From Octopus vulgaris (Eukaryota), in contig OX597828.1 in NCBI GenBank assembly GCA_951406725.2, forward strand, positions 62,372,001-62,436,000: a stretch of 64,000 nucleotides of DNA, written 5' to 3'. The position numbers were made by a program, and so were the translations under genes. Of the stretch, positions 44,345-57,610 are shown one piece after another (within the stretch, counting starts at the first letter, position 1; every line of letters starts with the position of its first letter). The notes under the pieces are model-generated. The model saw only the letters and a program-made list of their open reading frames with translations, was not told where the DNA came from and made no database searches.

Positions 44345-44546
44345 CATGTTGTTTGGCCCTAGGTCAGCCTTATTCCAAAACCTATGATTGATAGCATTCC
44401 AACTGTGACCATCTCATGCTTTTGCTTAAAGCAGGCCACATTGTCCAATGTATCCTTCCATGTTTTAAGATGATTGGGTATATGAGGAAGATTTGGTTGC
44501 TATTTCTAGCAGATCAAACGACCATGTTGAGGTTTTCTCATTGTTT
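44345..44546 (-). mobile_element. Complete copy of the ~200-bp HDV-like-headed, (AAC)-tailed element
   Basis: Reverse complement: aaacaa-tgagaaa-acc-tcaacat-ggt-cgttt-gat-ctgctagaaatagcaa-ccaa-atcttcctca ... gacctagggccaaacaaca. Confidence 0.7.
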
Positions 44547-46543
44547 AATCCTAATTACATTCAGTGTAAGATATTGTGGATTGACAGGAACATGGTGTCA
44601 GGTAAATTAAACATCTTCACCTTTTCACATACAAATTAAAATATGCTTGAAGCAAATTTAAATGAGTTCAGGACAAATTAAATTACTGGATATTTAGATA
44701 AAGCATTCAAGAGATTTATATTTTGAAGTTTTTGACCCTGGATTGATTCATTTCGAATTTGAATTTATTTCATCATTTGACGCAGTCCTGCAGTTCCATA
44801 TTTAATAGTGGATGAGGGAAATTAGCCGCAAAGCAACAGAAGCTTGTCTCAAGCTCCAGATACTGATGTGTCAGGAGGTATCAAAACAGGGAAGTAAAAA
44901 GGGGACCCATACAAGAAGTCTGGATTTGGAACTCGTTTGCATGTTCTGTTTGCCACTGAACAAGATAGTTGAGAATCCATTACTGCTGCATATGGTGTTA
45001 AGGAGACAACAGGATATAATTGAGGACAGCGAGACTCTCTGTCACCTTGACACTGTGAGGGGGTGTCCATGATGAAGTTAAAAAGATTGACCATAAAGAT
45101 TTGGTGAGTCATCGTTTGTTGGGTGGTTAAATGAATGCCCACAATTAGCTATGAAGAATCTTGGTGAATATTTACATTCAATGCCAGTATTGATTGTGGC
45201 CCCAACAAACTATAGCAAGGTCTCTTGATGGTGGAACGATTTCATTGACACATTTACAGCCAGATTAACTTGGGTTTTGTATTTTCAAAATAATGATTTC
45301 CATAAATTCTTGAAAGATATTTCAGTACTTATTCAAGAAATGTTACCTGTCAAGAGTAGAGTGTAATTTATTGCTTGTTAGATAAAGGTATCAAGAATGT
45401 AGTTTCGTAGATTGGCAGGACCATTAAAGAATCAGAAAAATGTTTTGTGGTATTTGTTCTGACTCTTTATGTGCTGAGTTCAAATCCTACCAAGGTCAAC
45501 TTTGGCTTTCATCCTTTCAAGGTTGATAAATCATCATCATCAACATCCATTTTCCATGCTGGCATCGGTTGGAGAGTTTGACAGGAACTGGCAAGCCAGA
45601 GAGTTACACCTGGTGCCAAATGATTTGGCATAGTTTCTACTGTTAGATGCCCTTTCTAATGCCAACCATTTTACGGGGTGTACTGGGTGCTTTTTACATG
45701 GCACCCAAAGGGTTGCCAAGTAGCTTGCAAGAGAAAGACCTCAGCTGAGAGAAGGAACCAAGGGAAGTGGCTGTGAGTCCAGTGAGAGGTTAGAGTTCAA
45801 ATAAGGCAACAAAAGAATAAATTTTTTAAGGCATTACCACTTTAGTAACCCTCTAAAATTTTGCTGACTTTGTGCCCTCCCACTCTTACAACCCCACCTA
45901 TAATCTCTTTGTCTGTCATTCTCCCTCTCTTCCTCTCATCTATACTTTAACAATTTTATCTATCCACCTGGGTACTTATTTATCAACCTCCAAAAGGAGA
46001 AAAGACAATCAATGTCACTAAGCTGCTAGAAATAGCTCAACAATCAGTTGACATCACTTTTCAACCTATAGCTTGTCATCAGCATTTCGCTGGGTCTATT
46101 AGCTCAGTCCACCTGGGATGTAAATAGGCAACACGTTGGAAGTGGAGTACACTGCCAGGAATAACAGGACACGAAAGCCAAGGAGTGAATCTCACATTAC
46201 TCTGCTTTCTTCAACTCAACTTTTTTCTCTGGAATATTGTTAAGGAAGATGTATCTTGCTGGACATCCCCATCTGCCCTACATAGAGGTCACCTGCTGAG
46301 GATTGGTTGCGTCTGTGGTCAGAACACTTTTAGTCTCAGACTACAGTCTCTCTGGTTGTGCAATCCATCAGATACAAGATCATTGTGATTCAGAACCAGG
46401 CCACAGTCCACCACCAATCAGTTTAACTAGGAACATGTATGTCAACATGGCTGTGTATGTGCGTTCTATTTATGAAATGGCAGAAAAGTTACACAAGGGA
46501 TTCACAGACTGAGACTTTTGTGCCTGGAACCTATCAAACCTTG

Positions 46544-46594
<51 letters not shown>

Positions 46595-46796
46595 AGCCTG
46601 GTGCAGCCTCCATGGCTTACCAGACCCCAGTCGAACCGTCCAACTCATGCTAGCATGGAAAACGGACGTTAAATGATGATCATGATGAGATATATATATA
46701 TATGGAGAGAGAGAGAGAGAGAGAGAGATTTATACTCATACAAACACACACACACTGTGTATAGAATTCCATTATTACTGTTTGTTTCACCAAACT

Positions 46797-46868
<72 letters not shown>

Positions 46869-46922
46869 ATGTGACACACACATATACATAATATATTCAT
46901 GATATATATACATATACACAAT

Positions 46923-47305
46923 GCAGGAGTGGCTGTGTGGTAAGTAGCTTGCTAACCAATCACATGGTTCCAGGTTCAGTCCCACTGCGTGGCATCTTGG
47001 GCAAGTGTCTTCTGCTATAGCCCCGGGCCGACCAATGCCTTGTGAGTGGATTTGGTAGACGGAAACTGAAAGAAGCCTGTCGTATATATGTATAAGTGTG
47101 TGTGTATATGTTTGTGTGTCTGTGTTTGTCCCCCTAGCATTGCTTGGCAACCGATGCTGGTGTGTTTACGTCCCCGTCACCTAGCGGTTCGGCAAAAGAG
47201 ACCGATAGAATAAGTACTGGGCTTACAAAGAATAAGTCCCGGGGTCGATTTGCTCGACTAAAGGTGGTGCTCCAGCATTGAAACAAGTAAAAGAGTAAAA
47301 GAGTA
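46923..47305 (+). mobile_element. Near full-length tRNA/CORE-type octopus SINE
   Basis: A-box tggctgtgtggtaag, B-box ggttcagtccc, cttgggcaagt core, (aagagta) tail; related copies near 11420, 15235, 32040, 36960, 49716 and 59725. Confidence 0.85.
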
Positions 47306-47867
47306 TACACAAATACACACATACACACACACACATGCGCATAAGATATCCATGAGGTATGTATATGCATATATTTACACACACATGAATACCTAATATA
47401 TGTGTGTGTGTAATACAAAATATATAGTTATGTACACACACACACACATTCAAACCAACACGTACACACTCACAAACACACCAACAGCCTACAGACATTT
47501 TCATTTGTTCCTTCTTGAAATGCTGTTATTTGTGGTAGACATATTTTTGTGGTGGCGGTATGATGTAGTTGGTGTGGTGGTGGTGGTAGTGGTAGTGGTG
47601 GTGGAGAGAGACTCTAGCTATAACACACACACACACACAAGCACTTGGTTCATTGAGAAGCTATGTTATCAGTTAGTGAGACAACATATCTCAAGTTAGT
47701 TAAAAAGTTATGTACTAACTCAGATATAATCGCACCTACTTAGAGGGAGGGAGAGTCCTTACTTCCCCACTTCTTTATTTCATACTTAACCTTGATGTGT
47801 ACAGCGCCGGCACACCACCACCACCATCACCACCACCCTCAGCACCACACCTCCTCCTCCTCCTGCA

Positions 47868-48400
47868 CTGGTGTGGTCTGGAGTTCTGCTGTGTGGTCTG
47901 GTTGTAAAGTGACAGTGGGGAGTGTTGTGTGGTCTGCTGTTGTGGTGTGATGTACTTTGTGATACGGAGTGGTATAGCAGTGTGTATCTAGTGTGGTGTA
48001 GCCTGGTGCATTGTGTATGGTAGTGGTGGTATTGTGCTAGGTTAGTGTGGTGTACTGTCCTCTATAGTGTGGTCCAGAACACTTGGTGGAGTGGTGTTTG
48101 GTTCTGGAGTGGTGTACTGGTGTGTTCTGATATATTTGTGATGTGGAGTGGCATTGTGATGTTTTTGTGCAGTATGGGTTACAGCAGGGAGTAGTGTCCT
48201 GATCTGTTGTGCTGTGTAACGATACATGAGTTAGTGTTGTGGTATATCCATGTGCAGTGTTGACCTGGTGCTCTGTGTGTTGTGGGCCCTTGTTCTGATT
48301 TGGTGTCTGGTGCACACCGCATGGCACGGTGGTTACTTTGGTCTGCACTTCAGAGTGGTCGGCTGTAATGTGATGTTGTAGAGCAATGTACTGTGTATTA
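47868..48400. repeat. Cryptic degenerate pentanucleotide repeat, (TGTGG)n-like; resumes at 49003-49140
   Basis: 5-bp periodicity, e.g. gtgtg gtctg ... gtgtg gtgta. Confidence 0.7.
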
Positions 48401-48995
48401 TTGTTGTTTAGCCCCAGGTGTGCCCTGATTGAGCAGATCTGTGATTAAAGAAGTTCCAACCATGACCATCCCATCACTGACATACAATGCCTCCATTATC
48501 CTGGACATATGTGTCTCTTTCTCTAGAAGACCATAAGATGTGAGCAGAGTGAGTCACATGATCACAAGGGTTTCATTTGGGTTCATGTGCTGCTGTTAGT
48601 GTTGACCCCTAATGAGAGCCAGTCTCGTTAGATCAAAATCATTCCAGTCTTGAACATTCTCTCTTTTTATGTATTTGTGACTATGTTGTTTCTGTGATTA
48701 TTTTTTTTTTATGTTAGGGTGCAGTCTGAGGGGTATTGGGTGCTATCTCTAACATGTCAAGCAGCTACATAATGGCAACCCTCTCATTCATTTATGTTGT
48801 TGGTGGTGGTGGTGTCTTCTGCATTGTTGCTGTTGTTTAACCTCAGGTTGGCCTTACTTGAGTAGCTCTGTGATCAAGGGCATTCCAGCTATGACCGTCC
48901 TTAGGAGTACATTATATAATGTGTCCATCTCTTTTTTAAGAGGGTCAGATGAGATTTAGTTGGGATTTGGCTGTTGTTTCTTGCAGGTCTGTAAT
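48398..48995 (-). mobile_element. Three tandem decayed copies of the HDV-like-headed element
   Basis: Tails ttgtttagccccagg (48403), gttgacccct (48601), gtttaacctcagg (48835); heads near 48727-48790 and 48950-48990. Confidence 0.65.
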
Positions 48996-50212
48996 CAAGT
49001 GCAGTGGTGTAGTATGATGTACTTAGATACAGAAGTGTGATGTACTTGGATGTGGTGTGGATTGATGTACTCAAACGTGCTGTTGTGTACTCATATGTGG
49101 TGTGTGTTGTACTCCGATGTAGTTTGGTGTGATGTTGTGTAACCTGCAGGTTAGTTTTCATCAAGCCACCTTAAGGCATACGGATTGTCTGGGTTTTGCC
49201 CACAGATTCATCCTGTCAATTATGCCAGGTCTCCATTTAACTGCATACAATATTGTACTTTTTGACATGAATTGAGGAATTCCTTGGGATGCAGTTTGAC
49301 AGTCTGGACACACTGTTTCTCTCAACTGTCCATTTTGTTCCTTGTATGTCTATAGGTTCTGGTGGTGACCACAGCAAGGCAGGAAAAGTGGACTTAGAGC
49401 ATAACAGACGGGGTGTTCTTTTGTGCTTATCCTTGGTACTGTGCCTCCCAACAAAGTGTTTGGGAGCCAGCAAGACCTTTGATTGTTACAGCTATTTCTG
49501 TGTGTGGGTGTGGGTGCGTGCGAACACATGCATGTGTGTGTCTCTCTCCAAGCAATGCAGAAACAATAATTGTTTTTAAAACGTCAACATTGTGTTCTAT
49601 GTATGTGTGTCTGGGTGTTTGAGGCGGTATTTTCATTTAGTGATCCATGATTATTGATGTGTCCATCACATGTCCAGATGGTCTTTAACTTTTTATATTC
49701 TTTTATCTCATTGAGTTGTTGTGGCTGTATGGTAAGAAGTTTGCTTCCCAACCGCATGGTTTCAGGTTCAATACTACTACAAGCCCCAGGCCAACCACAG
49801 CCTTGTGAGCACATCTGGAAGATGGAAACCAAAAGAAGTTCACCATATACATGCATGTGTATATGTATGTGTGTGTGTGTTGTCTCCTCGCCTTGACATC
49901 ACATGATGTTTGTTGTAAATGAGCATCACTGTCATATAGGTGGTGTCCTTCATTTCTAATCTTTCTTGAGAAACATGTCTAGTCATGGGGAAAAATTACC
50001 TTCCTTGGAGGCAAGTGAGGGTTGGCAACAGGAAGAGCATCTGGCCATAAAAATCCACCTCCAGATTCCGTTCAGTCCATATGAGCAAGGAGAAGTGGAC
50101 ACTAAAACAATGATGTTAATGTGTGAGGTGGTCAGTGGATTTGGTCTGTGTACATCCTCTTATAATGTGTTATGTTGTATGTTATTGTTTTGTTGTAGAG
50201 AGATTGAAAACC

Positions 50213-50860
50213 TCAATTAGGTCTAGAATTGTTCCTGATGGATTCCAGGTCTTGCTTGTACACCATTGATGGTGTTTCTTTCTGTTCGCCAGAAGTAGTA
50301 CCAGTAATTACTCTTGGTCTGATGTACATTGTTTTACTTTCTTTCCAATGTCTTTTATATGAGTTGTGAATGTTGTAGCCGAGTTCTACATAACTTTGTC
50401 TTCTCTCTTCTGTATGTGTTGGGTATATTCTGAGTGCAATGGTCTGATAGTCTCTGGTGTTGCTGATAAAAAGGGAGACAGTGGATTCATTCATTAGTTG
50501 TTATATTAAGGGTAGACCACAGTTTCCAGGTGATTTCAGTGGAGGTTTTGTGGAGAATGGTGGAAAGATGTGCCTGATCTCTGCATATCAGTGTGTCTGT
50601 GTTTTCTGGAGAGGTATGGGGCTCCTGTACGTGTAAGTTGAAAAGAGTAGGTGAGAGAATGGTTCCCTGTGGTACTTCATTCAGGAATATTGCATGTTCT
50701 GAAAGTGTTGTTCTTATATCCAACATAAAGTTGGCAACCTGACAGTTTGTTGGCCAGCATTTTCGGTTTGTTTCTACTGAAAGTGGTACTAAATGGGGGA
50801 TGGATGGGAAATGTAGTCGAAAGCTCAGTGAGGTGGTGGTGTGATATTATATAATCAGGT
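50213..50860 (-). mobile_element. Decayed I-group LINE RT fragment
   Basis: NEVPQGTILSPTLFNLHV (cf. GVPQGSVLSP.LFN.Y) and ITGTTSGEQKETPSMVYK (cf. LAGT.WGQQKETL..TYK). Confidence 0.7.
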
Positions 50861-51004
50861 TGGTTGGTCATGTGGCGTGATGTAAAAATTAAAACAGTCA
50901 ATTTCTACTTATTAAAGGCATGCCCTTACATATATAACCATTATATATATATGCATGCTTGTGTGTGTGTGTGCGCGCACACACATACATCCATGCATAC
51001 ACAT

Positions 51005-51064
<60 letters not shown>

Positions 51065-53019
51065 ATATATATACATACATACATACACACACACACACAT
51101 TGCAGCAGCCCAACAGGAAATGAATACAAAAGTGTAATTCATACAATTCATAATATTGCCTGTTTGTGTGTGTATATCTGTGTGAGTGTGTGCGCGTGTG
51201 TAATATGATACTAAAGGATATATCCAACCTGATGAAAGATATCCAATAAAATTTTTCTTATTTTCAGTTTGAACTCAATAAATTTAACATATTTTCAAAA
51301 TTTATTTATTGATCAAAATAAATATTTTTCCAAGTGTAAAAGCTAAATTAAACAAAAACACACACACACACACACACATAAACTGGAATTTGAAATGAAG
51401 TTGATTTTTAATTTAAATTTCAGTTTTGGAGATTTATTTTTTTAATTTTTGATTCAAGTAAAAAGTACCCAATTTGGTACCATGTAAAAAAAATGCCATT
51501 ACACTGCAAAACATGGCTGGCATTAGGAAGGGCATCAGCTGTAGAAACCTTTCCAAAGCAGACAATTGGGGCTTGGTGCTACTCTTCGACTTGTTAGTTC
51601 CTGTCAAACCATCAAACCTATGCCAGTTTGGAAAATGGATGTTAAATGATGATGATGATTTCAGATGCCTCCTCTTCTTGTCTTCATGCATTTTTTTTTA
51701 TAGTCTATGTAAATATCTGTTTCATTAATATTAAATTCCAAACTGAAATTTAAAACAAAAAAGTAACATTCTTATCACACATTTATTTCAATCGAAATCA
51801 GACTTCTTCAGTAATATTTCAGATTCATGATTTCAAGAATTCATAATCATAAAATTCAACACATCCCTCTGAAGAAATCTAGTTAAGCTTGAAATGTATT
51901 TGTGCACGTGTATGTGTGTGTGTGCACCCCTTGTCACGACATTTTGCATCAGTTGTAAACGAGAATGAACATTAGGTTGTTCTCTTTCTGTCTTCCATGC
52001 AAAACATGTCCTGTATAAAGCAAGGAAGATTTTGAGTGTCTATAAATCATCATCATTATCATCTTGATCATTTAATGTGCAGATTGCATCCAGGCATGGA
52101 TTGGACACTGTTTGACGAGAATCCAATGAGTCGAACGACTGCATCATGCTCCAGTGCCTGCTTTGGCACCGTTTCTATGGCTGGATGCCATTCCTAATGC
52201 CAACCACTTCCTACAGCAAGGACTGGATGCCTTTTTTGCATGGCACCATCCCTATTGAGGTCACCATGTACCTCGCAAGTCTACATAAACCCAGGGCAGG
52301 AGGGATGTTGTACCCTTGTGATAGATGTAAGGGGGGGGGGGCGTCAAGGTATGAGGGAAGAGGTTGGGGTGGAATAGGTTCTTGCAGAGGAGCCACATGG
52401 TGGCTACTCACATTTAAGAGAGAGAGAGAGTGAGAATGAATTGATGGTGTTTCTAAAGAGATAATGGTGATTAGATATCCAGGTGGCACCTTGGTAGGAG
52501 TGGGGGGGGGGGGAGAAACAGGTGAAGTGGGAGTGAGGGAGGTCAGTAGGCAACATCTGTAAAGATTGGGAAGAGTCGAGGGGAGAGGGATGCTAGCAGC
52601 AGCAGGGTAATATTTATGATGTATATGTGTGTCTGTCTTCTCTTCCCTCTCATCTTGATAATATGACACCCTCCTGCCATTCAACACTATTACTATTGAC
52701 CTCTGAACTTTGCTGTAAAAAAAAAAAGAGTCTTTCTAATGTTATTTTATATCCAGATATTTGTCTACCTATCATATTTGCATAATAAGCTTGGGACATT
52801 TTCCTCTGTGAATGTATACATACATACGTACATACATGTGTGTGTATGTGTTTTGGCAGAACAAACTGGGGAAATAGAACTCACTACATGAGACATTATG
52901 TGTGTGTGTGTTAATTAATTGGTGAATCACTGACATAACTTTACAACTGATTAATGTGTGTGTGTGGAATGGTTTAGAAGTTCCCTTCACAACCACAAAG
53001 TCCCAGGTTTAAATCCAAC

Positions 53020-53603
53020 CTCAGCAAAGAATAGCAAGTTTCAAGATGACGTATCATTTGATGCTTGTTCAGTTCGTTTGGTACCCACTTGTCTAGCTTC
53101 TTTACCTTGCCGATTTGTTTCAGATGGTCCAATACAGTTAGAATCAAAACACCAAACCTTGCTGCTAACTCATGTGTAGTTTGAGATGTATCTGCTTCCA
53201 CTACAGTTTTCAGCTTATCATTATCCACCTTGGTCTCTGGGCTAAAATGGGGCTGATTTTCAAGAGTAAAGTCACTAGACCAGAACTTCTCAAACCATCA
53301 ACGTACAGTGTGCTCATTTACCATATCTTCATTGATGTTTCGAGGTGTTTGGGATGCATTGATTCCACAATGGAACTCATACATAATCAACACAAATTTT
53401 TGATCTATCCATGGGTTTACAAAAACTGATTTAAAAGAGATAACTCACAATATAATCAGACACCATGAACTGCATTTCGAAAAGTGATGATGTAACTCTT
53501 CACTGTCGTAAAACAAAGAATTGTCAGAATAAAATATTAGAGTTAACAAATGTCAAATTTGGTAAATAAGAAAATTGGACATTTCATTCTTAATGACCTG
53601 ATA
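53020..53603 (-). mobile_element. Mariner 5' half: TIR and N-terminal transposase pseudogene
   Basis: TA-TCAGGTCATT end; ATG at 53412; HTVR*WFEKF...LENQP...ELAARFGV...HLKQIGKVKKLDKWVPNEL. Confidence 0.9.
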
Positions 53604-53749
53604 TGATGTTTTGCACAGTTGGTGAGGTCATGGTGGGCAATCAACCAAAAGGATCGAGAACACCAAGTTACAATGTTGCTTGCTCACTTTCATTGTTTAT
53701 AGAAGTGCTTGGAAGCAAAGTGTGTAGAGTGTGGTTGTCTGAAAAGAGA

Positions 53750-54260
53750 AGATCGGGTTTCAACTACACAAGTCTCCTTCATTGTGATGAAGAAGAGGAA
53801 AACTTTTTAAAAACAGTCATAAGAGGTGAAGAATCATGGATTTATGGCTATGACCCTGGAACCAAGGCTCAGTCTTTGCAGTGGAAGACCCCTACAAGAT
53901 TCCAAGACATTGAGAATGCAACAAGGTAGCTGCTCGCTAGCCCCAAAAAGGAGTTTCAGGAATTCTTCCATCAATGGAAACGACTCTGGAAAAAGTGTGT
54001 TGCTTCAGAAGTGGACGACTTCGAAGGAAGATTAAATGCTGAATTGATATGTGCTGTAGTTTTCTTTTTATAACAACAGTTAGGAAGGGCATCCAGCCAT
54101 AGAAACCATGCCAAATCAGACTGGAACTTGGTGCAGCTCTCCAGCTTACCAGTTCCAATCTAGCAATCCAACTCATGCCAGCATGGAAAGCAGATGCTAA
54201 ATGATGATGATAATGGTGGTGGTGATGGTGAGTCCTGATACTTTTTGATCGGACGTCATA
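53750..54260 (+). mobile_element. Internally deleted mariner (second family) 3' part with a nested SINE
   Basis: FLKTVIRGEESWIYGYDPGTKAQSLQWKTP fused to RFQDI...FQEFFHQWKRLWKKCVASEVDDFEG*; TIR gatactttttgatcggacgtcata; SINE at 54077-54228. Confidence 0.85.
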
Positions 54261-56679
54261 TATTGTGTTTTAAACATGAGACTATGAAGAGATTTTTATC
54301 TCTGGCAATTCCAAGCACCATGCCTTTTAATGATCTGTATACATTTAGTATGATACATATCTTGTGATTTTAATTGAATGCCATTTCAATTGCTTACACT
54401 GAGTTTTTTCTACAGCTTGGCAAGTTTCTACAATACTATTGAATGTTTTATCCCTTGTTTCTTGTATATAGAGGCAAGGAATTTCATTCAAGTCGGTAAC
54501 AACTGAGAGCTTGGCATTGATGAGCTGCAACAAAGAGGAAATATATCTGTTGTTTCCATAAGGCACAGCAGCAATGTTTATCTCAAACAGTTCCATAGCA
54601 TCATGCCTTCTAACAGTGTGCAGACTTTTAGTATGATACATAGATGGCAATTTTAGACTTTGGCTGATTTGGAAGTCTTCTGTAACTTCAGTTTTACAGA
54701 CCTCCTGGATGTTTATAAGTGTGTGTGTGAATGATTCCTTTACACAAGAGCATAACCCAGTATTGGTAATGTTTTTATTGTTGTTGGAGCATATGGAAAA
54801 CTAATTGAAAAGGAAAAAAATATACTTGAAAAAGATGTCTCCCCAACACCACCACCAACCCACCACTACAAGCCCCGAGAAAACTTTGTATTGAGAATGT
54901 GTGTGTGTGTGTGTATTAGTCTTAAAATAGCAGAAAAAATTTCAATGAAATCCCTAAAATGATTTTAAAAAGTTTCTGGTCCCTTCCCAAAAAGAACCCT
55001 GATAATTCCAGGCAATAATTACAGATGTACATCTCAGCAACCCACCCTACTCACATTCTCCCACCCCCTCCTATATCAACATGCTCCTTCATTTTGTCCC
55101 CCATATTTCTAGAGCCCTAAAAGGGATTAAATAACCACTATTTCAATTCTGGGTGCATTTGTTGTTAGCTCTGGTCCTGCCAACCTATGGAATTCATCTC
55201 TCACTCTCTCTCCCTCTCTCTCTCCCTCTCTTGTCTTTCCATAGAATGTAATTTCCTTCCTGCCTTCCCTCTCCAGAGATACACATAGATAGGACCTGAA
55301 CTCCCAAATAGCAGTTTGCTTATCAAATTCTTTATCCATTTCAATATTTCATATCCAGTGGATAGAAACACTTTAGCATGTAGTCCCTCGTCCACCCCAA
55401 CCCCCGTGTACATACAGACATTAAATGAAACAAAATATTACAAAAAAGGTAATATATGATATTGATGATGATTATATATATATCATTGTCATCATCATTA
55501 TCATCTTTTTAACATTTATATCCCATGTTAGCAAGGTTTGGACAGTTTGGCAGGATCTGGTGATCCTCAGGTCTGCCTTGAGCTTCGCCATGTTCTCTAC
55601 AGCTGATGCCTCTCCTAATGCCAAATGTGTACTGGGTGCCTTTTTTTGGTGCTGCCAGCACCATTGAAGTTTGACATGTAATTTGAAAGGCAAGAAAAGA
55701 ACTGGGGGGAAGTCCACATGACTACATAATGGTGGGGAGTATTTGAGAGGATGGATAAGTGGTTTTATGAAAGGCTTATGTATGACAGAGGGACAAGCAG
55801 GTGTCTTTGTAATAGCAGATACAGTGCTTCCTCACATTATATAAGGGAGTAGCTGGGATGATGATAAAGATGGTAGCGATGAGATGCTGGAAAAAACAAA
55901 TAAGGTACAAGAAAGTGAGCATAAGAGATACACACGGTAATCCCTTTGGTAAACTGGATTATTTCTTCATTACTGCAGATGTCAGCCAACCATGTACAGA
56001 CAAATGAGGTCAACCTTACAAAACCTTCAAGTATGAGGAAATTATTCAGTTTGCTAGGACAGAATTATAACATGCTACAGTTTTTTTTTAATTCAGGTGT
56101 GTACAGAGCACATTGCATTCTCTTGAATGAAAACACAACTTCCATTTAATATTGTTTTTGCATGTATGTAGGCAGCTTGGTTTGACTGTGTTTTTTTTTT
56201 CATGTAAAACTTCAAACTGTGCATACATACTCCCAGTAAGTCTCATAGAGTGGAGTATATATACACCAAAATTTTGTGCAAGTATCTTGGAATTTGGACA
56301 TAGCAATCAGTAGCAGATTTGTCATAGTTGACATAAAACAAAATGACTGCATGTCACATGATGCATAGTAATCTCCGTTGCCCTAAAATGAGAGGGTTTG
56401 CAAGTTGATATTCTGCTTATTACTCAAGTGGAGTGGCTTATGATGTAGTATTTCTCAGTCAAACATAAATTGCACTGCTTGAAAATATATAAAGTAGCTC
56501 TGTTCCAAGATACATCAAGTAATGTCATGACTACAAGTGAAAGAAAAAATGGCATTACTGTGTTTTAAAGATTTAACAGAAAACTCATTTAAACACCAAC
56601 TATTCCAGTCCTCCAAGTTCTTTCCAACAAAGACAATATTACTTCACTCTTGAAGCAGATGTAGCAAAGAAGGATTAGA

Positions 56680-57222
56680 CATCTACACAGCTGCTTAATG
56701 TGTTAGAAATAGCAGCCAATCTACCTGAAATCACATCTTACTGTCTGACAACAGGAAGGACCTAGAAATGCTGAAAATGGGAGAGTCAAGGCTGGCCTTT
56801 TATCCTAGACCTACTGGATTAAGATTGACCTGGGGTTAAACAAAAAGACACCACAGAGGTGGCTACTTTTGATGTTGTCCAAGATAAATCTAAAATAGAC
56901 TGGATGGTCACAGTTGGGATGGCTTTGGTCATAGGCCTGCTTAAGTTTAACCTGGAGTTAAATCACAATAATAGTTACGTTAGTATCACCAACGGCAATA
57001 ACTACAAGTGTAATGAGGAGCCAATGAGGGAGGGAGGCAGCATTATGTGGTTGCTTGACCTGCTAGAAACAACTGCCACATTGCCTTCAAGCCATAACTT
57101 ATATTCTCGAAGAAGGGCAGGACATACTGGGTTATTGGATAGTCAGAGAAACATTGTGTGAAATTAAGTTGGGTTGGTCATGGCTGGAACATTAGCTGAC
57201 CTATGGTTAATCACAACAACAA
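56680..57222 (+). mobile_element. Cluster of about three decayed copies of the HDV-like-headed element
   Basis: ttagaaatagcagccaa (56703), gacctggggttaaacaa (56827), cctggagttaaa (56951), gagccaatgaggga...gacctgctagaaa (57018-57070). Confidence 0.65.
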
Positions 57223-57577
57223 GAATGCCAGCCCCACCCCAGCCCTTGTTGGAAGTAGAAGGAAGAGGAGGAGTTAGGTGAGAGATCTGGGTTAACTGTG
57301 AGGGGAGGGGAGGGGTGTCGAAACTGTTATCTATCCCAGCATTCTTGGTATCACATTTCTTCATGCTCTTCCGATGGGGAGAAGTAAGAGAGAGAAATAT
57401 GGGAGAGGAAGTCTTTCTTTTTTATCTTCTTTTTCTTTCTCTTTTTTTAAAAAAAATTTATTTTCACACATTTCCACCACTCCCACCCACCCACTCCAAT
57501 TACTTCTGTCTCTGTGTATATATATATCAATCTATCTTTCTCTCTTTCCCAAATCACTCCATGTAATTCTATCTGTT

Positions 57578-57610
<33 letters not shown>

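Noticed and set aside
44497-44512. GCTAGAAATAGC identical to part of the sgRNA scaffold
   Set aside because: Only a short GAAA hairpin within a multicopy endogenous repeat; no CRISPR array or vector context
44812-45142. Complex-looking ORFs with a G|GTGAGT donor near 45103
   Set aside because: In-frame stops and no recognisable protein family
46185-46388. LNFFLWNIVKEDV, similar to the Tc1/mariner motif LDFFLWGYVK
   Set aside because: Single short motif with no TIR or other catalytic motifs recognised
55979-56096. Possible exon after ttcttcattactgcag (MSANHVQTNEVNL...)
   Set aside because: Acceptor plausible, but no strong donor or recognisable peptide
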